A stretch of DNA of 64,000 nt from Octopus vulgaris (lineage: Eukaryota): positions 22,754,001 through 22,818,000 of the forward strand of contig OX597834.1 of the NCBI GenBank assembly GCA_951406725.2, in the 5' to 3' direction. Positions 26,662 through 36,002 of the stretch are shown here, piece after piece (positions within the stretch are counted from its first letter, which is position 1; the number at the start of each line of letters is the position of its first letter). Below the pieces are notes generated by a model. The model saw nothing but the letters and a program-made list of their open reading frames with translations. It made no database searches and was not told where the DNA came from. A program made the position numbers and the translations under genes.

Positions 26662-29600
26662 TTAACATCCGTTTTCCATGCTGGCATGGGTTGGACGGTT
26701 TGACATGAATCTGGCCAACCAGGGAGCAGCTCAGATTCTATTGTCTCTTGTGGCATGGTTTCTACAGCTGGATGCCCTTCCTATCGCCAGCCACTTTACA
26801 GAGTGTGCTGGATGGTTTATACATGCTGCCTGCACAGGTGCATTTACACAGCACTGTCACAACTACATTTTATGAGGAACTAACACCCATAAAGGGCAAG
26901 CATGTATGCATGGATGACAACAATTTTACTTAGCTTGGCATGTCTCTTGCATTATTTTGTCAGTTTCCTCCCAGAAGGATACGAAAAACAGCACTACCAA
27001 CCACAGGATTTGAACATAGAATATAAAGGGTCAGGGACTCTTACAAGAGTGTAGGATTGGAGGCACTCAACTGTAATATTAACTCGGAGAGATACTCTAC
27101 TGGAGTGTAAGATTGAAGTATAGGCTCATAAAGACATTTTGCTGAAGTGTAAGATCAGCGTGGCATTCTGTTGGAATGAGCCTGCCATCTCCGTGAATAC
27201 TAAAATGATGGGGCATTCGTTTGGAACTATCGTATGAAGTCAAGACAGGGAGATACAAGCATTTTCATACATACCTACCAAATCCACTTACAAAGCTTTA
27301 GTTAGCCCAAGGCTATAGTAAAAGACACTTGCCCAAGGTGCTGCACAGTGGGACTGAACCCATAAACTACATGGGGGGAAACAAATATCTTTACCACATA
27401 CCCCTGTGCTGCACCTATCTAAATTATTCCTTATGTCTATCAAAGAAAAGTAATCTTACTTTGAATAATTCAATATATTATTTTTATTAACTTTATTCTC
27501 TTTTACCCTTTGAATTTTTTTTTTTTTTCAGGAATTTGTAATCACACTATTCAAAGATGTCGGTTTTATTACACTCATGTGTGGAGATGGAACAAATGAT
27601 GTTGGAGCTTTGAAACATGCAGATGTTGGTGAGGAAAATTTCATAGAATTTCTTGATTTTTTAAAAATTTTATTTTATTTCCAGATAGCCTCCTAAATCA
27701 CTTTATTCATTTCTCAATATTCCTCTCAGTTCATTTGTGCTTCACCATCCATGCACACCAACATTACACATCATGCAGAGACTAAAACTTGTTTCATTTT
27801 TTTCCAGCTTTTACACATCTTCCACATTCAGTCCCCATGTTTCACTACCCTGCAGCATCATATAATCTACTATTCACTCAAAGAAAGAATCCCTCTGTTG
27901 CTAATGCAAATAATAGTTGTTTGCTTCAACTTTTTCCACTTAAGTTTGGCTATCCTGCTCTCAAAGTACCCACCAATGCTACTGGTTAGGTCACCTGGGT
28001 AACAGAAGCTGTTGACTACAGTTATGAAATCTCCCATACTTTTCAAAGAATTAATTTCACAGATGCTTTTACTGTTATCTCCTCCTGTGCATCTAACACA
28101 TATGAAGCTTTCCACTTCTGTCAACCTGTCTGCTGCTTGCACACCTTCACTTTACTTTATGTACACATTATAGAATTCTTGCTCTTTTTCTGCATATTGA
28201 GAACAAGATAGCTGTTGAACCATGACTTCTTACCTACTAAACTTGCATCTTAGGTAGATTTATTTTGAGGTGTGTTGAATTCTAAACTTAGCTTCATTGC
28301 TTGGAATTTCTTCCCTAAATCTTCAGCAGACAGATGCAACTATGATATGACAACTTTTCCATCAATATACAGGAGTATCCACAGATAGCCAATTTAAAAA
28401 TTATTATGACCTAAAGAACTTATAAACAAGTGGGTCGAGAACTGAACCTTGCTGAACACCTGCCTTCACTCTATAGCAGTTCTCACAAGTCATTCATCTA
28501 CTAGTTTTCTGAAAGACCACCAGACTACAGAACATGGTACCCTACAATTTTGTTTTGTTTTTTTAGCTATCTTATTCAATCAATATTTTCTCACTGTAGG
28601 TGTGGCACTTGTAGCAAATGGCCCTGAAAGATTTCCAGAAAAATTAGACAAAAAAAGAAGTAAAAAGTCTGAGGTGAGTAACTGAAATTAGTAATTTGGC
28701 TGAGATTTATAATTACTGTGAGAAAAATTGCTTCGCCAGATTCATCAATCTTCACCAAGTACTATGTATTGGATGGACTTAATTGTGTTAGAGCAGTCAA
28801 AATACCAGAAGCATGATTAGGTGCAGACATAGCTATGAGTCTCAACCATGTTGTCTTTGGTTTAGTCCCACTGTTTTGGGCAAGTATCTTCTACTATACA
28901 CATTTGCTGACCGAATCCCTGTGGGTGGATTCGATTGAAGGAAATTGAAAGAAACCCGTCGTTTGTGTGTTTACGTCTATGTATGTATATGTGTTTGTGT
29001 GCGCACGTGTATGTATGTATTTTGGATTCCTATGTAATCGCTATTGGTACTGAAAGGGGTACATGGAGTTATCTCCCTTCGCGTGACTTACAAAATGCAC
29101 TCCTAGTATTTATTTGTCATATATTAAGTAAAATTATATTAAAAATCTTTAAAGACCCCTCTCTCTCTTTCGGAGAGGCACTGAGCAGCTATACACACAC
29201 GGCAGTAATGAAACATTCATTACATTCATTAATAAATAATTATCAAAAAATTCCTATACTACTTGTCTAGCAAGAATGTAATTTCCTTCAGTTCCTCATA
29301 TCATAGTTTTGAACATTACTCCTCAGGTACTTAGCAACATCCATCAGTTCAGTGGTTCCCAACCTTTTCTTATGCCCTGCACCCCTAAAAACTTTTAATA
29401 TGTTCTCACACCCCTTAAAATAACAATATATATAAGATTAAAGGTGCTTGGGGCAATTGCCCTCTTTGACCCCCTATAAATCTGGCCCTGCTCGCACCCC
29501 CTGGAATGCTGTCTTGCTCCCCCAAGGGGTGCGAGCACCCCTGGCTGGGAAACCATACTTTAGTTAGTTTCTAAAACTAACAAGATTCCTATATTCTTCT

Positions 29601-32600
29601 ATCCATACCCTGGAGGGTATATCAACCAAAACGTTATGTTAACAAACAAGATGAGGACAAATATCCATCAAATGTAAATAATGTATATTCATGATAGTTA
29701 GTAGCACAAGATATTCATAATAGGCGGCGAGCTGGCAGACTCGTTAGCATGCCTGGCGAAATGCGTAGCCGTATTTCGTCTGCTGTTACGTTCTGAGTTC
29801 AAATTCCGTCGACTTTGCCTTTCATCCTTTTGGGGTCGATAAATTAAGTATCAGTTACGCCCTGGGGTCGATGTAATCGACATAATCCGTTTGTCCCCTC
29901 TGTGTTTAGCCCCTTGTGGGCAGTAGTGAAATAGATATTCATAATAGTTTAGTACAAGACATTCATAATAGTTAGTAGTACAAGAGATATATCTTATGAT
30001 ACTGACTCATATAAAGAGAATTACCTTTTAACACTGGATTATTCATTTGTTTTAATTGTGTACAAATTGTGTACAGTCCTGCTTGTATTATTGTTAGTCT
30101 GCTATCTTTTGTCTTTAGCTAATTTTGTTCTAATTTTGAATTTCACACAGAACATTAATACAGAGGGTTCTGCTACTGACCGAGTACAGGTACCACAGAC
30201 GAGAGGAAAGTGTACGAGTAGAATTGCCAAACAGAGAGCAATTAATCGGGGAGAAAACCTTGCCTACCCCGAGGTAAGTGCAGTGAAATAATTGTTGAAC
30301 GAGTGTGTGGTTAACCAGTAGAATGTTTAGCTATGCTCCATCTATTGGCTGAGGCTTCAATTGTAAATTGATTGATTAGTTATATTCCATCATATCAGAT
30401 ATTCATTAGGATGATTGATTTGACTGTGTTCCACCAGACCGTGGAAACAACTGTGATTGATTGATTAACTATGATCTGCTTTATCAGCCAAAACATCCAC
30501 AGTGCCCTTTCTTACAGCTAGGAACTATGTTACACTCTTTTAGTACTTAACATCCAGTTTGGTGGACAGGATAATTGAGAATTAAATGTCTACTTGACCA
30601 TGGGGACACAGAGTAGACATAAGTTCAACTATAATGTCACTGATATTGAGCTGTTCAATCAAATGCCAAGAGCTTGATTTCTGCTACGGGTATCACATTG
30701 TATTTCTTGGTAGAACACTTTGTTCTGTATTTCCCCATGGGTCACAAACCTATTAATACCAGTCATTTGTGGATAGTTAACATATATCTAGTAATCTTAC
30801 CAGTCATAGACCAACATCCTATGTTCTGTCCTAGAGGAGAAATCTCATTGATCTGCTTCACAAAATAGGAACTAACTCCTTATTTGCCTTGCTTTTAGTA
30901 GGCAAAGATCTTTTTTTGAGGATTGTCTCTGTTAATATCATACAAGGACAGATTCAGATCTTTTGTGTATGATGGCAAAGCAAACTTAACCACATAGAAT
31001 TTTTTTTCTTTTACTAAGTTTGTATTTACTTGGTCAGCAGGTGAGGTGTGTCTGCTGCCAAGAGTTGTCCCTGTAAAATTTGCTTGACTTGATGTAACTG
31101 AAACGTTTGATGGATGGGGATTATAGAAAGATCCTTTCCCAATTTTTGTTAACTCTGTGGCCACTAGAAGGCACTAACGTCCATCTAGGTTCCTCCTCCT
31201 TTAGGATTTTGGGAATATTCAGATGTTTTGGTGGTTTTTTTCTCCCCTAAGTCATTGAGTCATCATGGTTAATTTACTGTGCTGGTTCTGGTAAATGTGT
31301 CTTGCTTAATGACAAAAATCTTTTAATCTATTATTTAGAAAAAAATAGCAAACATCTTGAAACAAATGGAAGAAGAAGAAAAAGCTCAGGTTGTTCGATT
31401 AGGGGATGCGAGTATTGCAGCTCCATTTAGCTCCAAAGTGTCTTCTGCTATGTCTGGTAAGTAAATTCTGGCAACTAAACACTGCCGAGTCTTTCTAGGT
31501 TTTTGTGTCTCTTGTTCATTGTTTTGTTTCCATGTTAAATCATTCATACACATGCACACACTGAAAACAAAATATCCAGAAAGTCAGGTATTCATTTTAA
31601 CATTCTCCAATTGTTGAATGCTAAGTTACAATTCCTATTACCAACACATGCAGATTTATATAAGTTTAGGTGGAGGCTTGGCTGTATGGTTGAGAAGTTT
31701 GCTTCCCAGCCACATGTTTGTAGGTTCAGCTCCACTACATGGCACCTGAGACAAGTGTCTACTACTATAACCCCCAACCAATCAAATCCTTATGAGTGGA
31801 TTTGATTGACAGAAACTAAAAGAAGCCTGTTGTATATGTTTTTATACGTGTATGTATGTTTCTGTCATGATATCGCATGATGGTTGTAAATTGAACATCA
31901 CTGTATTACAAACAATATCATTCATTTGCAGTCTTCTATGAAAAACATGTCAGGCCTTGGGGAAATATTTCCTTGTTTCCAAACAGGTGAGGGTTAGCAA
32001 CAGGGAGGACATTGGGCCATTGAACATGTGCCTCAACAATCTGACTCATCCAACACATCAGTCAAACTAAGGCTCTGGTAGAAGACACTTGCCCCGAGTA
32101 CCATGCTTTGGGATAAAATTCTAAGCTATATATTGGTTGCCAAACAAACCTCTTTACATAGCCGACAGCCATGCCTGAGCTTTATCATCGTTCATTCATA
32201 CAACTGAAATCTCTTTCATCATTTACTTGTCTCAGTCATTGGACTGTGGCCATGCTGGGGCACCACCTTGAAGGATTTAATCAAACAAATCAACCCCAGT
32301 ACTTATTTATTTTTTAGTGTGGTACTTATTCTCTCAGTCTCTTTTGCCGAACTACTAAGTTACAAGAACATAAACCCACCAACACCTGTTGCCAACATGT
32401 GGGACGTATCAATGACATGCGCTCAGACACACACACACAATGAGTTTCCACGCAGTTTCCATCTACCAAATTCTAGAATAGAAAGATAGTTTCCCAAGGT
32501 GCCATGAGGTGGGACTGAACCCAGAGCCATTGTGGTTGCAAACTTCTTAACCACACAGCAATGCAGTTTTTTGTTTTGTTTTTTTTTTAAAGTCAGCAAT

Positions 32601-34996
32601 GCTTTCACGTTGTCTAAAATTGCTAATGTTTTTATGTAGGGATTTAATCATTTCTGTTCTTTTTTACTTTTCTTCCCTTAGTTTGTCATATCATCAAACA
32701 AGGGCGTTGCACTTTGGTTACAACATTGCAGATGTTCAAGATTTTAGCCCTTAGTGCTTTGATCCTGGCCTACAGCCAGAGTGTGCTATACCTGGATGGT
32801 GTGAAATTCAGTGACAGTCAACAAACAATACAAGGACTATTATTAGCTGGTTGTTTTCTTTTTAATTCCAGGTCAAAGGTAAGTCTGTTTGTTGCATTTC
32901 TGAGATATATATCCTTTCGTTTTACAGTGGTTGGTTATTTGCCTGGCTTTTAGTAGGCAAAGATCTTTTTTTGAGGATTGTCTCTGTAAATATCATACAA
33001 GGATAGATTCAGATCTTTTATGGTATTCATACATTTATTGTCTATTGTCTGTGATGGTAAAGTGAAACAGTTACAGCTGGAAATTGAAACCTAAACACCA
33101 TTTCTTTTTTGTATGTTATATATAATGCGTTTATTATCAGCTCTTCCTCTTCCCCACCCCCATGTGTCATGCCTTCAGGCATTGGCAATCTTGATTTTTC
33201 TTGGGGAAGATGCAACAAGGTCCTCTTACCTTCTGCCAGTTTATTTGCACTTAACTCTGTTAATCTCTTGCTCTCAACCTTGAGGCACAGAGCTTATTTG
33301 ACACTTAGAGGGAACTGGTTCACATGGCCCCCAGGGCATGTCCACACATCAATGGGTTTGTGTAGCCCATTTCTAGGAGCCAGTTTTTCTTCTGGACCTA
33401 TTTTCCTTAACCACAGGACCATCTTCTGCTATTAGATCCATAACTGGGGTCCTTGACAGATACTCCTGCCCCAGATCAGAACAGACTTGGAAATAGTAAT
33501 GACTAAGGGCTAGTTCCATATAACCCCAAAACTCCCAAACCAAAGCCTCACCACTGACTGTAGTTTAATGCCTTCTCCAAGACATTGTTAACTTGGTTTC
33601 AAATTTTGGTACAAGGCTAGCAAGTTCCAGGCATGAGAGTTAGTCAATTACCTATTTCTTTACTACCCACAAGGGGCTAAACACAGAGGGGACAAACAAG
33701 GACAGACACACGGATTAAGTCGATTACATCGACCCCAGCATGTAACTGGTACCTATTTAATCGACCCCGAAAGGATGAAAGGCAAAGTTGACCTCGGCGG
33801 AATTTGAACTCAGAGCGTAACGGCAGACGAAATACCGCAAAGCATTTCGCCCGGCGTGCTAAGGTTTCTGCTAGCTCGCCGCCTTAGAGTTAGTCAATTA
33901 CATTAACCTCAGTGCTCAACTGGTACTTATTTAATCGACCCCGAAAGGATGAAAGGCAAAGTTGACCTCGGCGGAATTTGAACTCAGAACGTAACGGCAG
34001 GCGAAATACCGCAAAGCATTTCGCCCGGCGTGCTAAGGTTTCTGCTAGCTCGCCGCCTTAGAGTTAGTCAATTACATCAACCTCAGTGCTCAACTGGTAC
34101 TTATTTTATCAACCCCAAAAGGATGAAAGGCAAATTCAACTGCGGTGGGAATTTGAACTTGGAACATGAAGACAGGGGAAATGCTGCTAAGCATTTTTTC
34201 CCAGCATGCTAACCATTCTTCCAGTGTGTCCCCTTAAATATTGTTACTATTGACTGTTGTTAATATCTTGTTTCTTTTCTTTGGTCTCTCTTTTTAATCT
34301 TTTGTTCTCTCTGTCTCTTTGCCAGCCTTTACGTACATTATCAAAAGAACGGCCATTACCTAATATATTCAATATTTACACCATCTTAACGGTGCTGGGA
34401 CAGTTTGTAGTCCATTTTACAAGTTTGGTATACTTGGTTAGAGACGCCAGAGTTCGCTCAGGATACGAGTAAGTAGTTCTTGTTTTTTGTTTGTTTATTT
34501 GTTTATAAAGCTTTTTGGTACCAACCTACTTGAGACTGCTCCCTGGTTCTTTGATACAATCTTCATGTTTTAAAGTGATCTAAAGTAAATCCTTCTCCCA
34601 AAATTTCCTTTGTAAGTTATGTTCCAAACATCAGTTTGACCCTTTAGCATTCAGATTATTCTGTCAAATGTAATCCCTTATTTATTCATATCGTGTTAAA
34701 TTAATTATGCATTACATTGTAGCATTAAAATTTCAATGATGTCATTGTTTATTCTTGTCAAGCCATCTAATCTGTGCTAGCATGGAAAACAAATGTTGAA
34801 TGATGATAACAAAATATATATATATATTGTTTCTCTGTCTTCCCTTCCTTGGACCTTTCCTTTTTCTATGTTTCTGATGAAGAGCTCCGCTTGAAAAGTT
34901 AAATCCTCCTCCTTTCTTTTCTTTCCTGAGCATCCAATAACACTATACTTGTTCCACATCCTCATGTTGTTGTTTTCTCTTTGTTCATGTTTGGAT

Positions 34997-35033
<37 letters not shown>

Positions 35034-35445
35034 GGCTCTGCCAAGCTTCACTGAAGAAACTTGTATCATCCCAGAGCTATAGTAGGCAACATTTACCTTT
35101 GGTTTTATAATAATTATATCAGCCCCATTACTATTTACCTGAATATTGATTTAATTATTCGCTGTTTATCAAATGGTCACAGACAGGTGCCCAAGATTCC
35201 ACACATTGGAATCAAACCCATGCCTACACTATATATAATGTTTTACCAAATTATTAACACCATGTCTATGTTACATCTATATGTGATATATTTACCTTTT
35301 TTTATCTTCTTACATTTTCAGTGAGTATCGGAAAGTCGACCTTGAAGCTAAATTTGAACCCAATTTGCTCAATACCACAGTTTATATTATTTCTGTGACA
35401 CTTCAAGTTTCTACATTCTTTGTAAATTACACTGTAAGTGCTACT

Positions 35446-35521
<76 letters not shown>

Positions 35522-35684
35522 AATATTTCAGATATGCTCACTCAATGATATTTCAGGCATAGATCTTTCCACAGTCCTTTGCATCACAGTCAATTGATGT
35601 TCTTCCCTTTTCACAGTAACCCACATCTCACTTGCATTTAAGGGTGCAGGTAAGGCGGCACTATTGAAGAGAGTGACACTTAGA

Positions 35685-35718
<34 letters not shown>

Positions 35719-35871
35719 ATATATATATGTATGTATGTATATATATATGTATGTATATGTATGTATGTATATATATATGTATGTATATGTATGTATATAT
35801 ATATATGTATGTATGTATGTATATATATATATGTATGTATGTATGTATATATATATATGTATGTATGTATG

Positions 35872-35920
<49 letters not shown>

Positions 35921-35925
35921 GTATG

Positions 35926-35968
<43 letters not shown>

Positions 35969-35969
35969 G

Positions 35970-36002
<33 letters not shown>

